From positions 18,457 through 82,456 of IMG/VR virus record IMGVR_UViG_3300048918_000089: a stretch of DNA of 64,000 nucleotides. One strand, given 5' to 3'. The notes beneath the pieces were generated by a model that saw nothing but the letters and a program-made list of their open reading frames with translations, was not told the DNA's origin and did no database searches. Origin of the DNA: a virus. How positions within the stretch are numbered: the first letter of the stretch is position 1; each line of letters opens with the position of its first letter. Positions 9,180 to 18,900 of the stretch are shown here, one piece after another. The position numbers were made by a program, and so were the translations under genes.

Positions 9180-9904
9180 TAGACACCACCAAGAGGATTG
9201 TGTTCCGAGAAATCAATGATGCCGTCACCACTCTGCTGAAACACGTCCGACTGGTCGAACGGGGACACGCGAGGATCATCAATGAGAATCGGTGCATCAT
9301 TCTCATTGAGCATCGGCTCACCTGCCTCATCCAAGACCTGATGCGCAGCCTGATCCTGCGACTGCCCATTGAGAAGACCGTCGATCTCCTCGTTGCCCGT
9401 CTGCGCCAATTCTGAGGAGTACGTGAATAGCTCGCACTGGAGTGAGTACACGTAGAACTTGCTGAGTTGGTAGAATGGGTTGAGGTGCTGTGTGAACTTG
9501 ATTTCAAAGAAGGAGCGCGTCAGCGGGAAGTAGAGCAAGTCGCCTTCAAGCGGACGAGGTGGAAGCACGAACTCAAGTGTCTGGAGGACGTTCTCTTCCC
9601 ACCGACGACGCGCGACAACGAACGTTGCCTGGTCTGTCACTTGAATGCCGAACTTGGAGAATAGCTCACCCGAGCCTTCGAAGCCCGCAACGTTGTTCAT
9701 GTACATCTCAATCGGATACGCCCGAGTGAACTTCGACATTGTAGACTCAAGGAAAATCTCGTCTACGTCCACTTGTGTGCGCGGTAGGTAGAACACTTCA
9801 TGCCCATAGATTTTCAGACTCTCGATGATGAGGTCCTCAATGAGCCGCTGTTCCGAAGAAACACCGATTCCAAGACCGCTCTGAAAGAAGGGATTGATAG
9901 GCAC
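9179..9904 (-). CDS. gp14: neck protein
   Basis: EQRLIEDLIIESLKIYG, YLPR, IEMY, FSKFGI, RPLEGDLLYFPL, PFYQL. Confidence 0.93.
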   Translation of the reverse strand: MPINPFFQSGLGIGVSSEQRLIEDLIIESLKIYGHEVFYLPRTQVDVDEIFLESTMSKFTRAYPIEMYMNNVAGFEGSGELFSKFGIQVTDQATFVVARRRWEENVLQTLEFVLPPRPLEGDLLYFPLTRSFFEIKFTQHLNPFYQLSKFYVYSLQCELFTYSSELAQTGNEEIDGLLNGQSQDQAAHQVLDEAGEPMLNENDAPILIDDPRVSPFDQSDVFQQSGDGIIDFSEHNPLGGV

Positions 9905-9929
9905 GAATGGACAACCTGAGTCGTTGAAA

Positions 9930-9962
9930 GGGCTTGCGTGAGGGCTTGACTCCAGCTAACTT
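9930..9962 (+). promoter_or_regulatory. sigma70-like promoter TTGCGT-N17-TAACTT, antisense to the neck operon (copy 1 of a duplicated element)
   Basis: -35 at 9934-9939, -10 at 9957-9962; near-identical copy on the minus strand at 43572-43604. Confidence 0.55.
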
Positions 9963-9965
9963 ACG

Positions 9966-10060
9966 AGTGTCTGGGTTCATGTAGATACTGCATAACCCCT
10001 CATGATGATCTACTTTGAATCATTAATGAAATGCTGTGGCTCACAGAGTCGCAGCATCCG
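9966..10060 (+). ncRNA. candidate small or antisense RNA in the gp14-gp13 intergenic region
   Basis: Follows the promoter-like element. Two hairpins: GTAGAT/ATCTAC (9981-10013) and a 12-bp stem at 10031-10057 that pairs fully (with G-U) only on the plus strand. Confidence 0.3.
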
Positions 10061-10071
10061 TTGTATCAGTC

Positions 10072-11097
10072 CTACCCAATCATGAAAGGCTCTGCGGGCA
10101 TCTCAAAGCGCGAGCGCACGTCATCCTCGATTTCTTTGATTTCGGCTACAGCCTTCTCATAGATGATATCACCATTCAGTGTGACACCACCGGGAAGCTG
10201 AATGCCCGCGAACTTGATGAGGTTCTCTCCCCACTGCCGCTTGAACAGAGCCGTGAGATACTTCTTGAGGAACATGTCGTCGTAAATCTTTGGCCAATCA
10301 GTAGGGTCAAGGATTCGGTAGCACTCGACAATGAGGAACTGGCCGTCCGTCAGGGACTCTCTCCAATTCATGTCGATGAAGATCCGATTCATCTTTCGGT
10401 TGTACCGCAATGACCTATCGCCCACGAACATCTGCTCCAGCATATCAAGATGCTGCTTGACCTGATCGTAATAGATCATGTCCGATGACAGCAGGTTGTA
10501 CATGTCGTTCTGACGGAACTGGTACATTACGTCGAAGATGTTACCCGCGGCGTTGCCACCGATTGTTGCACCGATTGGGAATACCCGAATAACACCAATT
10601 ACAGAATCGGGCACGTCAATGTAGCCACGCTCAATCGCGCCGATAGATCCGGGTGATGCTGCGCCCCACTGTGCGCCTGAATGAAGTCCATGAATGACTT
10701 CGCCTGTTGTGAAGTTCGACACACCCGGTGCACAACCTGAGTCATCAATCAGGTCGATGGACATGACCGTCGATGACACATAGCCCTTGACACGCGCCTT
10801 GAATCCCGATGCTTGGCCGACAATCGTTTCGCCGATGATGTAGTCGGCGGTGTTTGCAGGTATAACCTGATCGTTCTCATCCAGGCGTCCGTCTGAGTCG
10901 ATTGTAAGCGACGACCCGTGGACAGCCTGCTTGAGGAACATCCGCTCAACACCGTCATAATGGTACTCCCGGAAGAACTGGAGCGCATCATCTACTCGGT
11001 CATTGAGTTGGTCCATATCGGCATTGATTTCAATGACGGGTGCTCCGAGACGGCGTAGGCAATACTCGACCAACTCCTGACGTGTTGTAACGGCCAT
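10072..11097 (-). CDS. gp13: neck protein
   Basis: RQELVEYCLRRLGAPVIEIN, DDALQFFREYHYDG, FLKKYLTALFKRQWGENLIKF..IQLPGGVTLNG. Confidence 0.93.
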   Translation of the reverse strand: MAVTTRQELVEYCLRRLGAPVIEINADMDQLNDRVDDALQFFREYHYDGVERMFLKQAVHGSSLTIDSDGRLDENDQVIPANTADYIIGETIVGQASGFKARVKGYVSSTVMSIDLIDDSGCAPGVSNFTTGEVIHGLHSGAQWGAASPGSIGAIERGYIDVPDSVIGVIRVFPIGATIGGNAAGNIFDVMYQFRQNDMYNLLSSDMIYYDQVKQHLDMLEQMFVGDRSLRYNRKMNRIFIDMNWRESLTDGQFLIVECYRILDPTDWPKIYDDMFLKKYLTALFKRQWGENLIKFAGIQLPGGVTLNGDIIYEKAVAEIKEIEDDVRSRFEMPAEPFMIG

Positions 11098-11103
11098 TGG
11101 TGA

Positions 11104-11535
11104 TTACCGAATGATGATGGGAGACAGGGCCTGCAACTTCTCGGGTTCAAGGCAGAAGTCCTTGGGGAAATCTGCGATCTTAATACCGACATTCAGGAAC
11201 GTTGTCGTCTGTGAGTTCAACACTTCGAGGTCGGCGAGGAATGCGGGGGTGAGTTCAGTCAAGACCTGGAACGTTCCGGGAACTTCAGCACCTTCCGCAT
11301 CGCGTCCCAGAACAATCGCGCCCACACCTTCATCGACCTTATGTCGAAGTGCGTACTTCTCTTTGATCCGATCGTAGTGCGAACTGTAGACAGGCAGCAT
11401 TGGTGACAACGCCTGCAGGGTCAGGGTGATATCCCATGCTAGTCCGATAGGAAGACTCGTCGGATTCAGCGCCTGCAGGATTGGTACAATCGCAATGATC
11501 TGATGATTCGCCAGCACAAATTCTTTCTCAGACAT
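11104..11535 (-). CDS. hypothetical protein (fibre-associated)
   Basis: 143-aa ORF in the virion operon; no recognised motif. Confidence 0.6.
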   Translation of the reverse strand: MSEKEFVLANHQIIAIVPILQALNPTSLPIGLAWDITLTLQALSPMLPVYSSHYDRIKEKYALRHKVDEGVGAIVLGRDAEGAEVPGTFQVLTELTPAFLADLEVLNSQTTTFLNVGIKIADFPKDFCLEPEKLQALSPIIIR

Positions 11536-11573
11536 ACTATCTCACAGTGTTGGGGTTTGAATTATATAGTGTC

Positions 11574-12722
11574 TTACTGGGTGCGAATCCACTGAGAGAC
11601 ACCATCAGAGACAAGCCTTGCGCGTGAACCACTCGTTGACGAGCGGAGTGTCACAGTGTTGCCCGCATCCTGAATAGTATCTGAACCCTGTGTCTGCTGA
11701 TTGAATGTGACCGAACCGCTGTAATTCACGAACGTAAATCCACGACCTGCAGGGACTGTATTCGCGAGTGGGAGCAGGACTGCAAATGTTGTAGCGGGGT
11801 TCCACCGCTGAATTTCGGGATCTGATGCTGTGAGTGTTACAACCGTAGTCTGAACTGTGCTAGACATGCTCGGGGCAAGACTGTGCGCTGTGATACCGCC
11901 CGAGAATGTTGCATTTGCGAATGTTGGAGAATCGGTTGTGCCCAGATTCTGGTTGATCGTGTACGCCGTGATGTTCGCAGCATTACCCGAAATATTACCT
12001 GTGATCTTTGAGCCCGCAAGTGCTGTGAGCCATGAGGGGTCAGAGTACGTCGATGTGGTGACAACTGCATTCACAGCACCTGCCCCCGCTGAACCCGTGA
12101 AGCCGATCGCTCCTGCCGAGCCCGTGAAGCCACCCGGTGATCCCGCTGAACCCGTGAAGCCCGAACCGGCTGAACCTGTAAAACCGTTTGTGCCAGCAGA
12201 GCCGGTAAAGCCTGCAGACCCGGTGAAGCCGCCCGGTGATCCTGATGACCCAACAAAGCCCGTCACGCCCTGTGATCCTGTGAAACCTGCACCCGCAGAA
12301 CCCGTAAATCCTAGACCGCCCGAACCAGTGAAACCTGTTGCGCCTGCCGAGCCCGTGAAACCCGCGCCTGCAGATCCTGTGAAGCCAACTCCTTGTGATC
12401 CGGTGAAGCCTACAGATCCAGTAAAGCCGGTAGCACCTGCTGTACCCGCTGCACCCGCAGATCCCGTGAAACCCGCGCCCGCCGAACCGGTAAAGCCTTG
12501 GCCGCCTGAACCCGTGAAGCCAATGACACCGGCTGAGCCCGTGAAGCCACCAGCAGGACCCGAGGATCCTGTGAAGCCGTTAGACCCAGACGAACCCGTG
12601 AAACCGGTCGGACCTACTGTGACGTTAACCCAGCTTTGGCCATCCCACTTGAAGATGCGGCCGTTTGCTGAGTACGTGTCATTGAGTGCAGGTGATGCCG
12701 GAAAGTTTAGTGCTGTAGGCAT
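11574..12722 (-). CDS. GFTGS-repeat collagen-like fibre protein
   Basis: N-terminal NFPASPALNDTYSANGRIFKWDG module, many G-F-T-G-S-x repeats, small C-terminal beta domain. Confidence 0.8.
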   Translation of the reverse strand: MPTALNFPASPALNDTYSANGRIFKWDGQSWVNVTVGPTGFTGSSGSNGFTGSSGPAGGFTGSAGVIGFTGSGGQGFTGSAGAGFTGSAGAAGTAGATGFTGSVGFTGSQGVGFTGSAGAGFTGSAGATGFTGSGGLGFTGSAGAGFTGSQGVTGFVGSSGSPGGFTGSAGFTGSAGTNGFTGSAGSGFTGSAGSPGGFTGSAGAIGFTGSAGAGAVNAVVTTSTYSDPSWLTALAGSKITGNISGNAANITAYTINQNLGTTDSPTFANATFSGGITAHSLAPSMSSTVQTTVVTLTASDPEIQRWNPATTFAVLLPLANTVPAGRGFTFVNYSGSVTFNQQTQGSDTIQDAGNTVTLRSSTSGSRARLVSDGVSQWIRTQ

Positions 12723-12743
12723 GATGATTCTCTGAGAGTTAAT

Positions 12744-13598
12744 TTACAAGAAGCGGATCCACTTTGACACACCATCGGATACAAATCCACCACGCGAGCC
12801 CGACCCCTGTGAGCGCAATGTTAGACCACTATTGACGCCGTCCTGCATGGTGTCTGATCCCTGTGTGGCTTGATTGAAGGTAACAGAGCCACTGACGTTG
12901 ATAAAGTAAAATTGAAATCCGGCTGACACTGAATTTGCGAGCGGAAGCGTTACGCTAAAAGTAGTTCCCGGATTCCAGATTTGAATTTGCGGTGATGATG
13001 ATGTGAGCGTTATCGCTGCCGATTGTCCAAATGTGCTGACTGCGGGTAGTGATCCCGCACCGGCAGAACCCGTGAAGCCGACAGAGCCCGCCGATCCTGT
13101 GAAGCCCGCGCCTGCCGAGCCGGTGAATCCTAGACCTCCCGCTGTGCCTGCTGATCCCGTGAAGCCCGCGCCTGCCGAACCGGTGAATCCTAGACCTCCT
13201 GCAGATCCTGTGAAGCCGGTAGACCCCGCTGAGCCCGTGAAGCCCGCTGAGCCTGTGAAGCCACCTGCAGGGCCCTGCGATCCTGTGAAGCCGTTCGTAC
13301 CTGCAGATCCTGTGAAGCCAGCACCACCAGATCCCGTGAAGCCTAGTGAGCCCGAGAATCCTCGCGAGCCTGTGAATCCTGCCGATCCCGTAAAGCCGCC
13401 CGCAGGGCCCTGTGATCCTGTGAAGCCGTTCGCTCCTACGGAACCAGTGAAGCCTCCTGCGGGCCCCGCAGATCCTGTGAAGCCTACGGGGCCAATTGTA
13501 ACATTGACCCAGCTTACACCGTTCCACCTAAAGACCCGACCATTCGCGGAGTACGTGTCATTGAGTGCAGGTGATGAAGGGAAATTAAGAGCCGCCAT
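12744..13598 (-). CDS. GFTGS-repeat collagen-like fibre protein (paralog of 11574-12722)
   Basis: Same N-terminal module (NFPSSPALNDTYSANGRVFRWNG), same repeats, homologous C-terminal domain (TLPLANSVSAG...SGSVTFNQATQGSDT...VSDGVSKW). Confidence 0.8.
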   Translation of the reverse strand: MAALNFPSSPALNDTYSANGRVFRWNGVSWVNVTIGPVGFTGSAGPAGGFTGSVGANGFTGSQGPAGGFTGSAGFTGSRGFSGSLGFTGSGGAGFTGSAGTNGFTGSQGPAGGFTGSAGFTGSAGSTGFTGSAGGLGFTGSAGAGFTGSAGTAGGLGFTGSAGAGFTGSAGSVGFTGSAGAGSLPAVSTFGQSAAITLTSSSPQIQIWNPGTTFSVTLPLANSVSAGFQFYFINVSGSVTFNQATQGSDTMQDGVNSGLTLRSQGSGSRGGFVSDGVSKWIRFL

Positions 13599-16500
13599 TT
13601 AGATTCTCCAGTTCAATGACTCGGCCTGTCAGTTCCTTGATTGCCTCAATGAGCAGGGGAACCAACTTCTCGTACCGAACAGTCAAGTATTTATCGTCAA
13701 TCGGAGCCGGTACCACAACTTGTGGTAGCACAGCCTGCACTTCTTGTGCAGACACACCGACCTGTATCTTCTCATTTGTATAGCCCAACTCGCGTGCCGT
13801 ATCATTCATCTGGAAGTAGTAACCGTTCAGCGAGAGCACCTTGTGCAATGCATCGGGAATACGTCCGAGGAACTTCTTCAGACGTTCGTCTGAGTAGTAC
13901 GCGGTCACTTCGTTCGTTGCACGAATTTCACCTGCTGTACCTGATGCAGCCGTTCCTACTCCGAGCGAACTGAATTGCGGAGTATTTGACGTCCCAAGAT
14001 TCTGGTTGATCGTGTACGCCGTGATGTTCGCAGCATTACCCGTGATGCTGATGCCCCATGTACCCGATGCATTTGAACCGTCAGACCATGCAACATCCTT
14101 GAATGTCGTGAACGCCGTTGACGAACCATACGCCTGTTGCCAGACGCGAAGGCCGAACGTGTCCTTGCGGAGTGTGAGCAGATTATCACTGCCGCCCGAT
14201 GAATCAGAGAATGAGCGGAACAAGAGATAGTCGGCGTATGGTGACGCGCTATCATTGTTCCATGATGTGAAACCGAAGGACATGCTCGATGCCGCAAGAT
14301 CCGATGGGTGGAGCGTGCGAATATCGAAGGCCGTCATGGTCGTCGTTGACGCCGAGCCTGTATATCCTAGTCCACCCGTTGGGCCTGTCGATCCTGCTGT
14401 ACCCTGCGATCCTGTGAATCCGGTGAGACCAGCAGAACCCGTGAAGCCGATCGTGCCCTGCGAGCCCACAAACCCAACGGAGCCTGTGAATCCGATAAAA
14501 CCCTGAATACCCTGGGAGCCGCTGAAGCCGGTAACACCACGTGAACCTGTGAATCCCAGAGAACCCACGAAGCCTGTTACGCCCTGTGAGCCCGTGAAAC
14601 CCGCACCAGCAGATCCCGTGAATCCTAGTGAGCCGGTGAAGCCCGCAGAACCCACGAACCCGACAGAGCCCGTGAAACCCGCACCAGCAGATCCCGTGAA
14701 TCCTAGACCACCTGATCCTGTGAAGCCGGGAGCGCCCGCGGAGCCCGTGAAGCCAGCGCCTGCTGAACCAGTAAAGCCCAGTGATCCTGTGAATCCTGTA
14801 GTGCCTGCAGTACCTGCCGAGCCTGTGAAGCCGGCACCTGCAGATCCAGTGAATCCTAGTGAGCCCGAGAATCCTCGCGAGCCGATGAAGCCGGTCGATC
14901 CCGTGAACCCAGCAGACCCTGTGAAGCCAAGAAGACCCTGTGACCCGACGAAGCCCACTGATCCGGTGTAACCCAATGCACCCGAGTTCGCGTCAACGAA
15001 CTGCGCTGTGTCACCGTCATCATACCAAATCTTCAATTGACCGTCAGTCGAGTCCCACCATAGTTGTCCTGGTAGAGGCGATGACGGTGCTGCCGTTGAG
15101 ACGTTGATCGTGACAGCAGAACCCGTGAATCCCAGTGAGCCCGAAAATCCGCGCGAGCCTACAAAGCCTACGGAGCCCGTGAACCCGACGTCACCACGCG
15201 AGCCGGTAAAGCCGACACCCTGTGAGCCAGTGAAACCGATTCCGCCCAGTGAACCCGTGAAGCCCGAGATACCCGCATTACCCTGTGAGCCTGTAAAGCC
15301 CAATGAACCCGAGAAGCCTGTTGCACCGCGTGATCCCGTGAAGCCAGCACCTGCAGATCCAGTGTAACCCAATGACCCATCATAACCCTGTGAACCTGTG
15401 TAACCCAAGGCTGCTGAGTTCGCGTCAACCCACTGGGAATGTGTTCCGTCATTGTACCAAATCTTCAACTGACCCGTAGACGAATCCCACCATAGCTGGC
15501 CATCGAACGGTGACACAGGTGCAATCGTCGTGACAATGATCGTGACTGACGAACCCGTATATCCGTATGAACCCGTATAGCCCGTTGAGCCAGTAAAGCC
15601 CGCACCGCGCGATCCCGTGAAGCCCACACCCTGCGATCCCGTGAACCCCCTTGAACCGATGGGGCCTGCGGGGCCTACTGGTCCTGCAAGACCGAATGAA
15701 CCCGTGAATCCAGTGACACCCACTGATCCTGTGTAACCCAGCGATCCGGCGAATCCTGTGCCGCCGCGCGATCCTGTGAATCCCTGCGAGCCTGTATTAC
15801 CGATTGAGCCTGTGAAGCCTTGCGATCCCACAAAGCCAGTTGATCCTGTGAAGCCCTGTGATCCGATATAACCTGTTGCACCACCCGATCCCGTAAAGCC
15901 AATGACACCGCGAGAACCCGAGAATCCCAGTGCTCCTGAGTTCGCGTCAACCCACTGCGAGTGTACACCGTCATTGTACCAAATCTTCAACTGGCCTAGA
16001 CCCGAATCCCACCATAGCTGACCGTCGAGAGGCAGAAGCGGTGCAGTCGTTGAGACAAGGATTGTGACAGAAGAGCCTGTGTAGCCGTATGAACCCGTGA
16101 AGCCCTGCGAGCCGACGAACCCAGTAAAGCCGCGTGAACCCACGAAGCCAATACCCTGTGAGCCGGTATAGCCGACGCCCTGTGAGCCTGTGTAGCCCAT
16201 CGCTCCTGAGTTCGCGTCAACGAACTGCGATGAGGTACCGTCATTGTAGTAGACCTTTAGCTGACCCAACCCAGAGTCCCACCACAGCTGACCGTCAAGT
16301 GGTGATGACGGCGCGACTGCCGAGACAATGATCGTGACAGCAGAACCGGTGTAACCGTATGAACCCGTGAATCCGCGCGAACCGGTGAATCCGAACGAGC
16401 CCGCGAAACCGAGTCCACCGTCTGATCCTCGCGAACCCGTGAAGCCCTTTGAACCGACAAGGCCCTGAGAACCCACGAATCCAACATCACCCTGTGAACC

Positions 16501-16797
16501 GGTATAGCCCAGGGCTGATGAGGACACGTCAACAAACTGAGCACTGACACCGTCATCATAGTAAATCTTCAACTGGCCGTCGGTTGAGTCCCACCATAGT
16601 TGACCGTCAAGAGGTTCACTCGGAGGTACTACATCGACAAAGACTGCACCTGTGATATCCAGAATTGAGTCATTCGTGTCCTTGATGAACACGCGCCCAT
16701 CGGCGACGTTCAGCGCAAGCTCACCTAGCTCAAGTTCTGTAGGCAGCGGAATCTGTCCTGGGACAGAACTACGCTTGTGAAGAATAACAGTTGCCAT
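13585..16797 (-). CDS. long tail fibre: five DGQLWWDS modules, GFTGS collagen-like spacers, C-terminal peptidase S74-type chaperone
   Basis: Likely start MATVILHKRSS at 16797 (fibre-type N-terminus ...GELALNVADG); C-terminus YYSDERLKK...GVSAQEVQAVLP...VRYEKLVPLLIEAIKEL. Confidence 0.85.
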   Translation of the reverse strand: MATVILHKRSSVPGQIPLPTELELGELALNVADGRVFIKDTNDSILDITGAVFVDVVPPSEPLDGQLWWDSTDGQLKIYYDDGVSAQFVDVSSSALGYTGSQGDVGFVGSQGLVGSKGFTGSRGSDGGLGFAGSFGFTGSRGFTGSYGYTGSAVTIIVSAVAPSSPLDGQLWWDSGLGQLKVYYNDGTSSQFVDANSGAMGYTGSQGVGYTGSQGIGFVGSRGFTGFVGSQGFTGSYGYTGSSVTILVSTTAPLLPLDGQLWWDSGLGQLKIWYNDGVHSQWVDANSGALGFSGSRGVIGFTGSGGATGYIGSQGFTGSTGFVGSQGFTGSIGNTGSQGFTGSRGGTGFAGSLGYTGSVGVTGFTGSFGLAGPVGPAGPIGSRGFTGSQGVGFTGSRGAGFTGSTGYTGSYGYTGSSVTIIVTTIAPVSPFDGQLWWDSSTGQLKIWYNDGTHSQWVDANSAALGYTGSQGYDGSLGYTGSAGAGFTGSRGATGFSGSLGFTGSQGNAGISGFTGSLGGIGFTGSQGVGFTGSRGDVGFTGSVGFVGSRGFSGSLGFTGSAVTINVSTAAPSSPLPGQLWWDSTDGQLKIWYDDGDTAQFVDANSGALGYTGSVGFVGSQGLLGFTGSAGFTGSTGFIGSRGFSGSLGFTGSAGAGFTGSAGTAGTTGFTGSLGFTGSAGAGFTGSAGAPGFTGSGGLGFTGSAGAGFTGSVGFVGSAGFTGSLGFTGSAGAGFTGSQGVTGFVGSLGFTGSRGVTGFSGSQGIQGFIGFTGSVGFVGSQGTIGFTGSAGLTGFTGSQGTAGSTGPTGGLGYTGSASTTTMTAFDIRTLHPSDLAASSMSFGFTSWNNDSASPYADYLLFRSFSDSSGGSDNLLTLRKDTFGLRVWQQAYGSSTAFTTFKDVAWSDGSNASGTWGISITGNAANITAYTINQNLGTSNTPQFSSLGVGTAASGTAGEIRATNEVTAYYSDERLKKFLGRIPDALHKVLSLNGYYFQMNDTARELGYTNEKIQVGVSAQEVQAVLPQVVVPAPIDDKYLTVRYEKLVPLLIEAIKELTGRVIELENLNGGS

Positions 16798-16836
16798 CGG
16801 GTGCTCTCTATATAAGAGTGTACAGGATTTCAACGT

Positions 16837-16844
16837 TATTTATC
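16837..16844 (-). promoter_or_regulatory. T4-type late promoter (GATAAATA) upstream of the long fibre gene
   Basis: Plus strand tatttatc in the divergent intergenic region. Confidence 0.6.
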
Positions 16845-16863
16845 GAACCGCTTGAGAGTGGAA

Positions 16864-18900
16864 ATGGCTATGAGAATCGCTATCGTTGATGTGCTGGGTC
16901 TGGCATATGATGGATATACCGTCGAGACTTTCGGACTAGGTGGGTCTGAGTCAGCGGTGACGTACATGGCAAAGGAGCTTGCTGCGTTGGGCCTTGATGT
17001 AACCGTATTCAATTCGTGCATCGACTCGCGGGCAAAGCCTGGGATCTACGACGGTGTTCAGTATCGTGACCTGACTGTTTTGGACAAAGCGGGAGATCAC
17101 CACTTTGACGTGATGATCGGCTCGCGTTCAGTGCAGCCGTTTCTGCCCAATCACCCGCGCTACTCCAAGATCAAGGCGAAGCACAAGATCCTCTGGCTCC
17201 ATGACACCTTCTGTGACGGCGACCAAATGGTCGAGGACTTGGTCCTACAGGGACACATCACCGAACTGTTCACCCTCTCTGATTGGCACACGTCATACAT
17301 CCTGAATTGTGACCACGGGAAGCGACGGAACTTCGAGGTGCTCAAGCGGAAGACGTTCCTGACGCGCAACGGAATACAGCGCCGCATTGAGGAAGTGGAC
17401 GTATCGGCCAAGGACCGCTATCGGTTCATCTACAATGCCTCAGCGACGAAGGGCATGGTTCCGTTGTTGGAGCAGATTTGGCCGCAGATCAAGACGCGCA
17501 TCCCTGCTGCGAAGCTCACTGTCATCGGAGGCTACTACCGATTCCGTGATGGGGCTGAGCCCGATGCGCAAGAAAATGTCGTAGCGAAATACGCCGCCGA
17601 TGAACGCCTGAAGGCACTTGACGTTGAGTTCACGGGCGTCATCCCACAGGGCGAGATTGCACGGCGCCTCGCAGGGGCATGGGCCACGATCTATCCCGCA
17701 GCATTCCCCGAGACGTTCGGCATCTCAACTCTGGAGTCGCTCGCGTACAACACCCCCGTCATTACGTCTCGCTTCGGCGCGCTTGAGGAGACGGCGATTG
17801 AGGAGGCATCGTACCTCATGGACTACGCAATCACACCCAACGTCCTCTTTCAGACGATCAATGAGGGCACGCAGGTTGCGCAGTTCGTGGACATGTTTGT
17901 CTCCGTCGTGATGAATCCCTATCTGCACCAGCAGAAGATTCAGGCATGCAATGCCGTGCGCCCCGTCGAAGGATGGGATACGGTCGCCCTGCAGTGGAAG
18001 CAACATCTGTTCAAGGTGTTCGGTGAGTTCCTTCCGGTAGACGAGTTCCGCCGTGTGCGCAAGATCAACAACGAAGTCCATCGGATCTTCAAGCGACGTT
18101 TCTCAAATCCCGAGGAGTGGACCCCGACGCCGCGTGCAAATGAGCAGGCGATTCACGTCGTCGTGCCATTCTACAATTCGCAGGAGTACATCGCGAAGTG
18201 CATTGAGTCCATCGCAACACAAGATTACCACAATTATAAGGTCACGCTGATTGATGATGCCTCAACCGATAATGGCTATTTGGTTGCACAGGCTGCGCTG
18301 AATCAGGTGCCCGAGAAGATTCGCAGGCGGTTTGGGCTCATTCGCAATCCTGTGAATGTGGGTGCGGTGAAGAACACCTTTGACATACTCAAGCGCATCC
18401 ATCTGAATGAACCAGGATCAACCATCGTCATGCTTCTCGACGGCGACGACTCGTTGGTTGCAGAGAACACAATCTTCCAATTCTACAATGACCTCTATCA
18501 GGGTCATGTTGATTTTGCATACGGATCCTGCTGGTCGATGGCAGACAACATCCCACTGATTGCACAGCCATATCCACAGCGGGTGCGTCTGGAGGGGACG
18601 TATCGACAGCACCTATTCGCGTGGAACATGCCGTACACTCATCTGCGCACATTCAGGTCGTATCTGATAAATCAGGTTTCAGAATCGCAGTGCAAGGATG
18701 AAGAGGGTAACTGGTATCGTGCAGGTGGTGATACCTCGATCTTCTATGCACTCATTGAAGGGGCAGACCCTAGAGGAGTCGTCGCAGTGTCCAAGATCGT
18801 CGTGAACTACAATGACCTCAACCCCCTGAATGACTACAAAGTCAACGGAGCAGAACAGACGCGCACAGCGCGGAAAGTTCTGGGACTAGATAAAGCATGA
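16864..18900 (+). CDS. bifunctional glycosyltransferase, GT-B (GT4-like) fused to GT-A (GT2-like)
   Basis: GLGGSESAV; EX7E motif FPETFGISTLESLAYNTPVI; VVVPFYNSQEYIAKCIESI...IDDASTD...LLDGDD. Confidence 0.88.
   Translation: MAMRIAIVDVLGLAYDGYTVETFGLGGSESAVTYMAKELAALGLDVTVFNSCIDSRAKPGIYDGVQYRDLTVLDKAGDHHFDVMIGSRSVQPFLPNHPRYSKIKAKHKILWLHDTFCDGDQMVEDLVLQGHITELFTLSDWHTSYILNCDHGKRRNFEVLKRKTFLTRNGIQRRIEEVDVSAKDRYRFIYNASATKGMVPLLEQIWPQIKTRIPAAKLTVIGGYYRFRDGAEPDAQENVVAKYAADERLKALDVEFTGVIPQGEIARRLAGAWATIYPAAFPETFGISTLESLAYNTPVITSRFGALEETAIEEASYLMDYAITPNVLFQTINEGTQVAQFVDMFVSVVMNPYLHQQKIQACNAVRPVEGWDTVALQWKQHLFKVFGEFLPVDEFRRVRKINNEVHRIFKRRFSNPEEWTPTPRANEQAIHVVVPFYNSQEYIAKCIESIATQDYHNYKVTLIDDASTDNGYLVAQAALNQVPEKIRRRFGLIRNPVNVGAVKNTFDILKRIHLNEPGSTIVMLLDGDDSLVAENTIFQFYNDLYQGHVDFAYGSCWSMADNIPLIAQPYPQRVRLEGTYRQHLFAWNMPYTHLRTFRSYLINQVSESQCKDEEGNWYRAGGDTSIFYALIEGADPRGVVAVSKIVVNYNDLNPLNDYKVNGAEQTRTARKVLGLDKA

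Noticed and set aside
10600-10920. Insertion in gp13 (GETIVGQASG-type repeats)
   Set aside because: Similar internal segments are common in gp13 of large T4-like phages, so it is not treated as novel.
11857-16331. Long plus-strand Pro-rich ORFs (PAEPVKP repeats)
   Set aside because: They are antisense shadows of the GFTGS fibre repeats, with no SD or promoter support.
11574-16797. Dense short repeats as a CRISPR array or DGR template/variable pair
   Set aside because: The repeats are in-frame, vary at third positions and lack unique regular spacers. No cas or reverse transcriptase gene is in the window, and the shared blocks show no adenine-specific differences.
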